DNA of 64,000 bases, taken from the IMG/VR virus record IMGVR_UViG_3300045015_000053, one strand, 5' to 3'. Positions 18,125 to 27,308 of this stretch are shown piece after piece. How positions within the stretch are numbered: the first letter of the stretch is position 1; each line of letters starts with the position of its first letter. Source of the DNA: a virus. Lineage: Duplodnaviria; Caudoviricetes. A program made the translations under genes and the position numbers. The notes beneath the pieces are model-generated. The model was not told where the DNA came from. It saw nothing but the letters and a program-made list of their open reading frames with translations, and did no database searches.

Positions 18125-19051
18125 TAGTGTTCTTGTTCTGGACGACGTTATCTATGTTGTCTTTCAGATGGAGGAGGAATTCTTTCTGCTTGCCGTTTTT
18201 GATCGCCAAGTTCAAAGAAGCAAGAAGCTCCAGGGCGTCTTTGCTGTATTGTTCTTTGTTTTTCATCGCGTGTTTCAAGACTTCGCCCAGATTGTCTTCG
18301 GTAGCCAACTCCCCGGTCAGCCTCGCGTAGTCCCTCTTCAAAGCGGCCAGACGGACACCGATCTCTTCAAAATCGAAATAATAGTTCTCCGTATCCGAAG
18401 CCTTCTTCCCTCCGAGGACGCCGCCGGCCGCGAAGCTCATCATCCTGTCCTGGGTGGAGTGTGACAGTTCGTGAGCCAGAGTGTGGATTTTGCTAACGTC
18501 GGACACAACGCAGTATTTCTGCGATTTGCCGTTTACTGTCACAACGCCACAGAATCCGTTGACCTGTTTCTTCCCCGCGTTAGAGTTCCATCCGGCCTTT
18601 TGGAAAATTCGTTGGGATCAATTCCGACAACAACTGGCACCGGCTTGTCCAGTAGTTTCGCGTCCATCGCCGTCCCGTCGAGCCGAAAGGTTTGTTTGGA
18701 CGCGCGGTCTACCGAAGCCTTGTATAGCTTGTCGTTACCATAAAGGGGTTGGATTATTTGTGATGGGGTAATCATCTTGATGTTGTTTCTGCCGATGTTG
18801 ACATGCGGGTACTCTTTCTTCAAAGCGACAAGTATGTAATCGACTTCTTGCTCCCCGCTTTTCACCATTTGTTGTTTCGGTTCGGCAGATTGTTGTGCTT
18901 GAGGTGCGTGAGGTGACAGAGACATACCCAAACCCGTCGCTCCCAGTGTCGCAAGTCTGGCAGCGTTTTTGAAAAAACCCTCTTCAAGCGTGAAGTACTC
19001 TAAAGTAATTTCCGCGTTGACGAATTTGCTGAACTCTTTGGCACCTATCAC
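18105..19051 (-). CDS. putative HExxH metallopeptidase with a capsid-targeting-like N-terminus, split by a -1 frameshift near 18600
   Basis: ORF 19051-18539 (MIGAKEFSKFVNAE..., hydrophobic stretch) continues in the -1 frame as FQKAGWNS...HTLAHELSH. Confidence 0.65.
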
Positions 19052-22000
19052 TCTTCTCCTCCCGGCGGTCGATACCCAGGCTGGCCCTTCAGCTTCACGA
19101 TGTGCAGTTGGTCCATAGCCCGCGTGTAGGCGACGTAGCGTGCGTTCTCCTCTTGGAGTTTGTCGGCTTCCTTCGTGGCTCGCGGGTGCGGGAACTGGTC
19201 GTCACGCAGAATGTAGACGCGAGAGAACTCCAAGCCCTTCGACTTGTGAGCCGTCGTCAACACCACCGGGTGTTCCTTCTTCACCTTCTCGTTGAATGCT
19301 CTCAGGTCGGCCTCGTTGTCCTGAACGTCGAAACCGCCCAGGCGAGCCTTGAGCCACTTCTTGAAGTCTTTGACGGTCGGCATCGGTTTGGCCGCGACCG
19401 CCCGCATCATCGCGTCGTGCGCCCGGTCGTCCATCTCCTCCACGTCACGCGACATCCCGGTGAACGCCGCCAGTGCGGAGTAAAGAGCTTCCGAGGTGGC
19501 GTTCATTTCCTGTAGGTACGCCTTCTTGGAGTTCATCGAACTGAACCGCTCGTTTTCTTTCTTCTGGTACTCTTCGAGCTTCACGCCGAGGTTCGGCCGA
19601 CCGCCCGCTCGCGGGTGCGGGATCGCCGGGGAATCGTCCCTCATCTTGGCCCCCTTCAAGACCTTGCCGATGTGACGCATCAATTCGTTTGACACGTCGC
19701 GACCCACGATGATGAACGGCACGCCGTCGCCCAACATCTTCAACGCGGCCTGAACCAGCGGTTCGTTGGTACGGGCGATGAACGCCGTTTCCGGCATTTT
19801 CGGCCCGCCCTTTTTCGAGTCCTCGTGTTCCTTCTTGAGCGTGGTGAAGACCTCGCCATATTCCTTGTCTTGGTTTGTGACTTCGCCACCACCGCCGTTC
19901 GGGTACTTGCTCTCACTGTGTTTGAGGCCGGTAACGTGGCCCATGTTGTTGACGTGGTCGAGAATGCCCTTCCGCGAGCGGTAGTTCGTCGTCAGCGTGT
20001 GTTCCGTGTCCTTGTCGCCCGAAAGCTCTTTCAGGGTCCGGCCGAGGCTGTGGAAGGCGTCACCGTCAGCGCCACGGAAGCGGTAAATGGCTTGGTTCGG
20101 GTCGCCTACCGCCACGATCTTCGCGCCGGCACCGTGCAACTTCTCCAGCATCAGCTTTTGGCACGGGTTGAAGTCCTGCACCTCGTCGGCGAGGACCACG
20201 TCGTAGTGCGGCCAGTGCATGTCGTGGGCGTTGATCGCGGCGAACCAGATGTCGTCCGAGAAGTCGCGCATGCTGCCCAGGTCGTATTCCATGCCCTTGA
20301 AACTGAGGGTCTGCGTCGTTCCCTTCGGCAGACTAGCCTTCAGCAGCCACTCGGCTGCCTCAGCGATCTCGTCCTTAAAGTTCTTGCCCATGAAGTCGAA
20401 GCCGTAGACCTTCTTCAGAGCGGCCAGAACTTCCGTGACCATGCTGCTCGAACGGTACTTCCTGATGCGTTCTTTGATTTCGGCCAGCCCGGTATCGAGG
20501 TCGTAACCCTTGAACAGCTTTTCGAGTTCGGCCTTGACGTGGTTGCCGTCTTTTCGCGGATCGACGCCGTAAGCTTTCGCCAAGTCAGCGACCTTCTGCG
20601 AGACTTCCTTGAACATATAGCGGATGGAGTGTGCGCAGCTTTTCGCGGCCGTCGTTGAGTATTCCCCAATCGGCATCTTCTCGATGATGGCGTCGGCGGT
20701 CGCGTCTTCAACGATGCCTAGTTTCTTCAGCACCTCGTTGAACTGCGATCCGTCCACGATTTCGCCCATTTTGCTTCGCGGCATCGGCGACTTTTCTTCC
20801 TCGTCCTCGTCTTCCGAAGCCTTGTTCCGCTTCTTGTTGAGTACCTCGATCATCCGCTCGGTCTGGTCGATCCGGCTGACATTCTCGTTCGACTTCAGCA
20901 AGTTGCCGAGGAAGCCGTTCGTGGTGCGAACGTCAACCCAGGAGGTTGGGAACTTCTCTTGAGCCTCGACCTTGTTCTTGGTGTTGAACACCAGATACAG
21001 CCAGCGTTCGCCCGGCTTGCCGTATTTCCACGCCAAGTGCTTCAACATCGTCGTGTTGTGTGTTACGACGCAGTTTTCTGTGACGTACAAGTTGTCTTTC
21101 GCGTCAACCGCAATGCATTGACACGGTTTTTTGCCAATCGAAGTGATTGACTTGATGACCCTAGACGGCTGATACTTTGTTTTGGGAGTGTACTTCTCCT
21201 GTTTCCTTTTCAAAGAAAAGGGATTGCCAGAGATTTTGATGTACACTCGGTAGCAAGGCTTGCCTGATTTTTTGACCCCTTTGTATGTGTAACTCGTTTT
21301 CTTGTGGGTGATTTTCCCGGTTCCGCCCAGTGACTCAACGAGGAATTTAATGTCTTTGGCAAGACGATACGAAGCGGTAGGGTAGAAAATCGTGTGGGTT
21401 CCGACTTCTCCATCTGTGTCGAGAAGTCCGCTCAACACTTTCGCTCTTGTCTCAACTGTATTGAATTTGTAAATGTCTGGAACAAATTTATTGTCGGACC
21501 CCATTCTCCACAAGCCTAGTTTTTTGATCTCTGCCACAATTTCGTTCTTCCGGCCTTTGATGCCGCTTGAAATACGATAATCGCAGCCATATCCTGTCGG
21601 CCGGCTTTTCAAAGCAGGAGGCAGTAACCGATCAACGCTTTCGACTATTTCTTTGTCTTCCGATGAGTAGGACACGCAGCCGGTTCTGAAACTCCCGTCA
21701 CCCAGAAGCACGCCCATTAAATACGGATCAATGATTGTCAGTTGCGAAGCAAACTCGACGTTTTCGACCATTGGAACATAGTGTTTTGGTTGTTTTCTGT
21801 AGAGCAAATCGCCAGCAATTTCTTTGGTAGTTAGGACTTTGCCATAAGAGAAAAGAGGTATTCCCTTTTGTTGACAGTAGACTCTTTCTCGTTTGCATTC
21901 TGTCAGCCAAAGGTGATCTTCAGAGCATTCCACAATGGACCCGTCCATAAATCCGACTTCGACCACTTCTTGCATCCCTTGAGGGAAGACTCCAATAACT

Positions 22001-23019
22001 TTGTGTGGTTTGCCGTCACGTCCAATGACCAGATTATTGACTTTAATGTCGCCCATCCTGATCCAGCCTTTTGGGGTCAAGATTTTGGAATCAAGTGGTT
22101 GAGCTTTGCCCGACCCGGCCAGAGCGTTGATCATCATGTGATCCTGGCTCTTGCTGGACATCATCTGCTCGAACCGCGCGTCGATCCGTCGCTGTTCGTC
22201 CGACAATTTCTCGTGTTCGAGGACGTGCTTTTTCTTGTCCGCGTCGTTCGGCTTGCCCTTCGACAACTTGCCCTCGACCAAATCGTGCAACTCGGCCAGA
22301 CTCGGCGCGGAGTAGATGCTCTTGCCGTCATCCTGTTTGACCGACTGCACCACGTTCGGGAGGTCGGACTTGGTAGTCGCGGCCATACGCTGGCCGCCGA
22401 ACGTCCAGATCTCCCAAGCGCCGTTCTCGGCCTCGACAACGCCCACGTCTTCGTCGGCCTTGATCGTTTCGATGTCCTGCTTGGTTTTGGCGTAGATCCA
22501 CTTCTGGCCCTTAGCAGGTGCGGCCGATGGCTTTGCTTGAGTTTGAGCTTGTTGTGGTTGTTGCGGCTGTGTGGCTCTGTGGGTGGCGGCGACTTGTCGG
22601 AGAGCTTCGATGGAGTCGGCCATTACCGGGGTGTTCCCGTCGCGGACGGACTTGACGTAGTTCGCCAGTTCTTTTTCAGACACGAAGGCGCGGGCGTTCG
22701 TGTCGAGGTGGACGACTTCCCACGTCCCTTCACGGGGTTTTGAAACGCCCACGTCATCGCCGGCCTTCAATTGACCGACCGGCTTGATGATTCGACTGTA
22801 GATCCAGCGACCCGTGGGCTGTTTGTTGGTTTCCAAGAGGCACCTTGAGAGGATTTCGTCCTGAATTTCCAGATAAAATGCGTCACCCAGGTCGCTGCGG
22901 TGGTAGTTTTCAGCGATCCATTTTAGGTCGGAAACTGACGTTTCGCTGCCGAAATAGAAGTTCTTGTAGAACCGCGAGCGGCATTCTGAAACGAGCCAGT
23001 TTTTGAAGTCGAGTTTCAT
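19048..23019 (-). CDS. SF1 UvrD/Rep-like helicase with intein and a capsid-targeting-like N-terminus
   Basis: ALAGSGK|TT, ADEVQD, AVGDPNQAIYRFRGAD, NYRS, TAHKSKGLEF, YVAYTRA; N-terminus MKLDFKNWLVSE (alternative start 23043). Confidence 0.92.
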   Translation of the reverse strand: MKLDFKNWLVSECRSRFYKNFYFGSETSVSDLKWIAENYHRSDLGDAFYLEIQDEILSRCLLETNKQPTGRWIYSRIIKPVGQLKAGDDVGVSKPREGTWEVVHLDTNARAFVSEKELANYVKSVRDGNTPVMADSIEALRQVAATHRATQPQQPQQAQTQAKPSAAPAKGQKWIYAKTKQDIETIKADEDVGVVEAENGAWEIWTFGGQRMAATTKSDLPNVVQSVKQDDGKSIYSAPSLAELHDLVEGKLSKGKPNDADKKKHVLEHEKLSDEQRRIDARFEQMMSSKSQDHMMINALAGSGKAQPLDSKILTPKGWIRMGDIKVNNLVIGRDGKPHKVIGVFPQGMQEVVEVGFMDGSIVECSEDHLWLTECKRERVYCQQKGIPLFSYGKVLTTKEIAGDLLYRKQPKHYVPMVENVEFASQLTIIDPYLMGVLLGDGSFRTGCVSYSSEDKEIVESVDRLLPPALKSRPTGYGCDYRISSGIKGRKNEIVAEIKKLGLWRMGSDNKFVPDIYKFNTVETRAKVLSGLLDTDGEVGTHTIFYPTASYRLAKDIKFLVESLGGTGKITHKKTSYTYKGVKKSGKPCYRVYIKISGNPFSLKRKQEKYTPKTKYQPSRVIKSITSIGKKPCQCIAVDAKDNLYVTENCVVTHNTTMLKHLAWKYGKPGERWLYLVFNTKNKVEAQEKFPTSWVDVRTTNGFLGNLLKSNENVSRIDQTERMIEVLNKKRNKASEDEDEEEKSPMPRSKMGEIVDGSQFNEVLKKLGIVEDATADAIIEKMPIGEYSTTAAKSCAHSIRYMFKEVSQKVADLAKAYGVDPRKDGNHVKAELEKLFKGYDLDTGLAEIKERIRKYRSSSMVTEVLAALKKVYGFDFMGKNFKDEIAEAAEWLLKASLPKGTTQTLSFKGMEYDLGSMRDFSDDIWFAAINAHDMHWPHYDVVLADEVQDFNPCQKLMLEKLHGAGAKIVAVGDPNQAIYRFRGADGDAFHSLGRTLKELSGDKDTEHTLTTNYRSRKGILDHVNNMGHVTGLKHSESKYPNGGGGEVTNQDKEYGEVFTTLKKEHEDSKKGGPKMPETAFIARTNEPLVQAALKMLGDGVPFIIVGRDVSNELMRHIGKVLKGAKMRDDSPAIPHPRAGGRPNLGVKLEEYQKKENERFSSMNSKKAYLQEMNATSEALYSALAAFTGMSRDVEEMDDRAHDAMMRAVAAKPMPTVKDFKKWLKARLGGFDVQDNEADLRAFNEKVKKEHPVVLTTAHKSKGLEFSRVYILRDDQFPHPRATKEADKLQEENARYVAYTRAMDQLHIVKLKGQPGYRPPGGEE
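21055..22104 (-). mobile_element. class 3 intein (350 aa) with a LAGLIDADG endonuclease, inserted in Walker A
   Basis: Starts AQPLDSKILTP, ends VVTHN before Thr; HLW, CQCIAV and THN give the W-C-T triplet; LLGDG and LLDTDG motifs; lower GC. Confidence 0.92.
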
Positions 23020-23049
23020 GTTGTCCTTGTTCTGCTTTCCCATCACGGT

Positions 23050-23056
23050 TATGTAG
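23050..23056 (-). promoter_or_regulatory. late-promoter-like box CTACATA
   Basis: 6 nt upstream of the ATG at 23043. Confidence 0.5.
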
Positions 23057-23150
23057 TTACGCGGAACCGAACTCAAACTGGCAGTTTTTCGATCTCGGCA
23101 TTGTCACAATCGAGCGTTTCGGTTACGCTTTCTCGAAACGGAGGTTTACG

Positions 23151-23682
23151 ATGTGGCCCGAAGACATGGTGGTCGATTCCCCCGACTACATCCCCCTTCA
23201 GCCGAACATCGAGCCGAGGGAAATCGTCCGTAAAGTTTACAATTCCTACTACTTCGCACGCGATTGCGAAATGACGGACAGGTGTTACCGGATCGGCGTC
23301 CGCATTCGCGGGGCCGACAACGTTTCCTACGTCACCCGCAAGGAGTTCCAGAAGCACTCCATCGACCCGGTCGGCTATCTGGCCGGCAAAACCAAATTGG
23401 TTGACGTGGGCGTTTCCGACCACACGAAGACCATCATCTTCTTCTTCGTGGGACGAGCTTCATGCCGCGACACTCACGAGGGAGCAAATCTTCTACGTCG
23501 CGTGCTGTTTGTCGGGCGGCGAGAAGGGAACGTATATCCCAGAGTGGCAGTTGCGACTCTGGGAGATCAAGACACTGGTTCTCTGCGGCGTCAAATACGA
23601 GTTCGCCATCTACGAGCGCCCGCCGCTCAACTGGTGGCAGTTTCCAGACATCATGATGTACCTGAAGAGGGTCGAGCCGTGA
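23151..23682 (+). CDS. hypothetical protein, split by a +1 frameshift at about 23440
   Basis: Frame switches in the TTCTTCTTC run from ...KTIIF to SSWDELHAATL...KRVEP*. Confidence 0.6.
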
Positions 23683-24031
23683 ACTACCTGATCGAACACA
23701 AAGAACTGGCGATCTGCTCGCTGATCGTCGGGCTGTTCCTGCCGATGGTCGTGCGAAAGATCTACTCGACGTTCTGCTGGTGCGGGGAGAAGGCCGTCGC
23801 GTTCTTCGACAACCCCTACGGCACTGGCATACTGACTGCGATTCTGGTGGCGGGCCAGTTTTTCTGGCTCCAGCAGTGGATTTTCGCCTATAACGAGGTT
23901 ACACAACACGACCGTACAACAGGTTCGTATACACGCCGATCACGGTGGCGATTCCGATGTTCTTCGCGAACATCGCGTTCATCATCATGGCGGCACTTCG
24001 GACGGTCGGCGCAATCGACGCGAGAAAGTGA
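23679..24031 (+). CDS. membrane protein, split by a -1 frameshift at about 23895
   Basis: GTGA coupling; hydrophobic segments continue in the -1 frame (YTPITVAIPMFFANIAFIIMAAL...RK*). Confidence 0.6.
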
Positions 24032-24381
24032 TGAAAGTCATCGACCGCTACGAAGATGACATGAAGCTCGGCGAGCCTGTTCGCAGCAAGCTCGCCGAGG
24101 CTTATCGCATTTTGAATGACACCAAGACCCGGCTCCGCGAACACGCCGCCGCCAACAGGGTTGACATTTCTTTCTACATGCGGGCGTTGAACACCGCCTT
24201 CCAAATCACTCGTTCCGCCATTGTCGCGGGACGCGATAGGGATCGGATGAATCTCCTTTTCAGCTTGTACAAGGCCGAAATGATGTTGAAGTTTCGGTCG
24301 TCGCCGCGACTCGAAAAGCTGCTCAAGTGTGAAGAACTCGCCAAACAAATCGCCGTCGAACTTTTCGGGGGACTTCTGTGA
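24028..24381 (+). CDS. hypothetical protein
   Basis: Translationally coupled ORF. Confidence 0.75.
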   Translation: MMKVIDRYEDDMKLGEPVRSKLAEAYRILNDTKTRLREHAAANRVDISFYMRALNTAFQITRSAIVAGRDRDRMNLLFSLYKAEMMLKFRSSPRLEKLLKCEELAKQIAVELFGGLL

Positions 24382-25106
24382 TCATCGCCACTAACATGAG
24401 CAAGAAAAACCCGATCCACGACGTGATCGCTTACTCGCCCGTCGAACGACAGGTCTACGACCTTTTCAGGCCGAAAGCCAAAGTCGGCTACCGGATCGAA
24501 GATTTCTTAGTTCTTGAAATCAACGGAGTCAGTTGCGGCGTCGAAAGCAGTTACAAGAACGCAAAGTTGTCTGTGATCCGTGGTTACGACCCCGACGAGC
24601 CAAACTTCCACGGCCAGTACCCCTCGGCCATCCTGCCTTACAACAAGGACGTGTCGAAAGACGTGACGAAGTTCATCGCCGCCCTGTCGAAGATCAACGA
24701 CCTTCACGCCCGCGCCAAAGCCCTCGTGAGGAAATTGCCCGCGTCCGATAAGGTCGAAGACTTCTTGAAACAAAAACTTGCCGGGGACGGCCTCACCGTT
24801 CGTTACTGGCACGCGATTGGTGAAATCAGCGGGTTGGAACTTATGTTCCACGTCATGCCCGAAGGTCAAGCTCCTGCTCAGGGCGTGATGCTATGTTTTG
24901 AACACAACACGCACAAGATCAATCCGTTCTGGAACGGTTTCACCAAGCGTCGTTCCAAGCATTACGGGCCGGTCGATACCGTCGATCTGGCGGCGGGGCC
25001 GTGTGGCACGGGCGTTGACGCCATGAAACGCCACGTTCGGGTAATTGAAAACCTCAACAAGCGGATCGCCGCGTTCGAGATCGGGCGGTCAGGTCAACGT
25101 GGTTGA
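24378..25106 (+). CDS. hypothetical protein
   Basis: Translationally coupled ORF. Confidence 0.75.
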   Translation: MIIATNMSKKNPIHDVIAYSPVERQVYDLFRPKAKVGYRIEDFLVLEINGVSCGVESSYKNAKLSVIRGYDPDEPNFHGQYPSAILPYNKDVSKDVTKFIAALSKINDLHARAKALVRKLPASDKVEDFLKQKLAGDGLTVRYWHAIGEISGLELMFHVMPEGQAPAQGVMLCFEHNTHKINPFWNGFTKRRSKHYGPVDTVDLAAGPCGTGVDAMKRHVRVIENLNKRIAAFEIGRSGQRG

Positions 25107-25668
25107 CGCTACCCCGGAAGAAGAAGTCGCCTACTTAAAGGAACGTGGCATGTTGAACGTCGAGATCAAAGCACGCTGTGCGAAGGAACTTCACGCCGAG
25201 TTCGAGAAGACAGTTCTGGGACGCGGCGGCGAATTCCACGGCTGCGACCACCAGATCGACACCTACTTCAACGTTCCGATGGGCCGGCTGAAGCTGCGAG
25301 AGGGGAACATCGAGAACTTCCTCGTGCAGTATAGCCGCCCCGACCAAGCCGGGCCAAAGATCAGCCAGTTCCGGTTGGTGAAGAACCCAAAGGACTCTGG
25401 GCTGAAAGAGGCTCTGACGGCTGCTCTCGGTGTGCTGGCGGTCGTGGATAAGTGGCGTGACATCTACTGGATCGGCAACGTCAAGATCCACTTCGATTCG
25501 GTGGATAGCCTCGGCACGTTTGTCGAGATCGAGGCTCAGGACAAAGACGGTACAATGACAGTGGATCGGCTCCGCGAACAGACCGATGAACTGATCGCTG
25601 CTTTCGGGATCAAGCCGGAAGACCTGATCTCCGAGAGCTACAGCGACATGATCCTGAAAGGCGTGTAA
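25099..25668 (+). CDS. CYTH-domain protein (class IV adenylate cyclase CyaB-like)
   Basis: NVEIKAR, QIDTYF, RLKLRE, VVDKWRDIY, IHFDSVDSLGTFVEIEA; alternative start 25150. Confidence 0.9.
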   Translation: MVDATPEEEVAYLKERGMLNVEIKARCAKELHAEFEKTVLGRGGEFHGCDHQIDTYFNVPMGRLKLREGNIENFLVQYSRPDQAGPKISQFRLVKNPKDSGLKEALTAALGVLAVVDKWRDIYWIGNVKIHFDSVDSLGTFVEIEAQDKDGTMTVDRLREQTDELIAAFGIKPEDLISESYSDMILKGV

Positions 25669-25729
25669 GAAAAAGACATCAGAATTTCTTAGCTCGGTGT
25701 GGTGAAATGAACTGCGTGAAGGTGGTACT

Positions 25730-25930
25730 ATGACTCTGAAGCAACTGCGGGCGCGTATTGCGGCCAAGAAAGCCGCCAAAGAGCCGCATAATCTCGCCGG
25801 CATCCGTAACGGCGGCGAGTTGTACATCAACGACCAGACGGGTAAAACCGTCTTCGGGCCGATGCACATGGAACGCGACTTCGCGAAAAAGTTCTGCGAA
25901 GAACTGGGGATTCCTTTTACCGAGGACTGA
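25730..25930 (+). CDS. hypothetical protein
   Basis: GAAGGTGG RBS. Confidence 0.7.
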   Translation: MTLKQLRARIAAKKAAKEPHNLAGIRNGGELYINDQTGKTVFGPMHMERDFAKKFCEELGIPFTED

Positions 25931-25931
25931 G

Positions 25932-26186
25932 ATGAAGGTCTGGTTTACTAAAGAGGCCAACTCGGACAATCTGCACGAGGGCTTCTTGATCAGTGACGGC
26001 CCTCGGCGTTTGCGAGTCATCGCGATGGGCAGCGTCAATGACAGCATTGTCGTTCTCGATCCGCAAATCGAGTTCTTCAGCAGCATGATGGTGATCAAGG
26101 GGTTCGAGGAGGCGGGCGCACTCCTGAACGACAAGGACGTGTTCCATTTGGTCAGCGTCATGGCTTTGTACGAAAACCCCAAATAG
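25932..26186 (+). CDS. hypothetical protein
   Basis: GAGGA RBS; ends in TAG. Confidence 0.7.
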   Translation: MKVWFTKEANSDNLHEGFLISDGPRRLRVIAMGSVNDSIVVLDPQIEFFSSMMVIKGFEEAGALLNDKDVFHLVSVMALYENPK

Positions 26187-26193
26187 GTGCAAA

Positions 26194-26385
26194 ATGGACG
26201 AACTCATCAAGGCGGCAGACATCGTTACCACCGTTCTCTGGAACGAGATGGAGCGAAACGAACTGTCGCCTGACAAGCCCACGCTGGAACGGGTCAATCG
26301 AATCGGACCAAACACGACCGAAATCGAGATCCGGTTCCCCGGCCGCAAGTTCAAGAAGTTCGTGCTGACTATTGACCCGCAATAG
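26194..26385 (+). CDS. hypothetical protein
   Basis: AGGTG RBS; ends in TAG. Confidence 0.7.
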   Translation: MDELIKAADIVTTVLWNEMERNELSPDKPTLERVNRIGPNTTEIEIRFPGRKFKKFVLTIDPQ

Positions 26386-26392
26386 CCAACCC

Positions 26393-26463
26393 CCACCTTT
26401 GGGCCAGTGGCTGGCCAGCGATCTCTAAAATCGCGCACATCGGTTCGATTCCGATAAGGTGGG
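26393..26463 (+). tRNA. amber-suppressor tRNA, anticodon CUA
   Basis: Full cloverleaf: acceptor CCACCTT/AAGGTGG, D stem GGCC/GGCC with GG in the loop, anticodon stem GCGAT/ATCGC with loop CT-CTA-AA, 4-nt variable loop, T arm ATCGG-TTCGATT-CCGAT, G73; CCA not encoded. Confidence 0.9.
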
Positions 26464-26528
26464 CTGAATCTAAAACAAAATTTGCATTGGTCAGAACGAC
26501 AATCGGTTCGATCCCCACAAGGTGGGCT
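26464..26528 (+). pseudogene. degenerate tandem copy of the tRNA 3' half
   Basis: ATCGGTTCGATCCCCACAAGGTGGGCT vs ATCGGTTCGATTCCGATAAGGTGGGCT, plus a TCTAAAA remnant. Confidence 0.6.
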
Positions 26529-26542
26529 GGAGGAAAACAAAA

Positions 26543-27100
26543 ATGAACGCTAATGATCTCGTCAACGTATTGTCCGGCACGACCACTCGCAGGGGCTTCC
26601 TCGCCGAGACAATGGGTGTTGTGACCGCTCCGTTCTTCGCCACTGACAACCTGCTGGCGGATGTCCCTCTCGTTCAGGAACACATCGTCGCCCGCGCCGA
26701 CCGCCCGAACGGGAACAAACGGATCTACCCGCTCTCCGTGCTGCAAAGAGTTGTCGCAGATTCGGCCGACGCGGTCGCGCACAGACAGATGATCGGTCAG
26801 TTGGGGATGCCCGCCGACAGCATCATCCACTTCAGTCAGGCGAGCCACATTGTTAGGTCGCTCAAACTGAGTGACTTCGGCCCGCAGATCGGGTGGCAGT
26901 TGATCGCCGAAATCGAACTGCTCGCCACCCCCTGCGGCGTCATCCTGAAGAAGCTGTTGGCATCGCCCGGACAGGTGGCGTTCAGGACGGCCGGGGTGGG
27001 CCACGGCAAGATCAACGATGACGGCATTCTGGTGATTGACGATTCTTACAAGCTGGTCGGCGTTCACGCTGTTCCGGCAAAAGACGCCGTGTGGATTTGA
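26543..27100 (+). CDS. T4 gp21-like prohead protease homologue with catalytic residues replaced and a Tat-like signal
   Basis: ADRPNGNKRIYP, GQLGMP (vs GELDHP), SQASHIV, IELLATPCG, VAFRTAG (vs GVSSRG); N-terminal TRRGFL. Confidence 0.75.
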   Translation: MNANDLVNVLSGTTTRRGFLAETMGVVTAPFFATDNLLADVPLVQEHIVARADRPNGNKRIYPLSVLQRVVADSADAVAHRQMIGQLGMPADSIIHFSQASHIVRSLKLSDFGPQIGWQLIAEIELLATPCGVILKKLLASPGQVAFRTAGVGHGKINDDGILVIDDSYKLVGVHAVPAKDAVWI

Positions 27101-27101
27101 C

Positions 27102-27308
27102 ATGAAAGACAAGCCCCTGCCGCCGCTCAAACTGGTTGACGCCTCGCTTGACAAGCAGAACGCGGCGGCACTATACTTCACGCTCGTTTTCGAGGACGCG
27201 GCCGGTCGCAAGTGGACGACTTGGGGCGGCAAGTTCTTCGATGATCTCAAACCCGTGGGTGAACCGTGCCAGCAGACAGAATGTCCCGCAAATACGCCGA
27301 AGGCGTAG
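27102..27308 (+). CDS. hypothetical protein; may be the 5' part of a frameshifted gene with 27281-27466
   Basis: 28-nt overlap with the next ORF. Confidence 0.6.
   Translation: MKDKPLPPLKLVDASLDKQNAAALYFTLVFEDAAGRKWTTWGGKFFDDLKPVGEPCQQTECPANTPKA

Noticed and set aside
26393-26463. tRNA-Pyl
   Set aside because: It has a canonical D-loop GG, TTCGA, a 5-bp anticodon stem and a 2-nt acceptor-D linker, unlike tRNA-Pyl; no pyl genes were seen.
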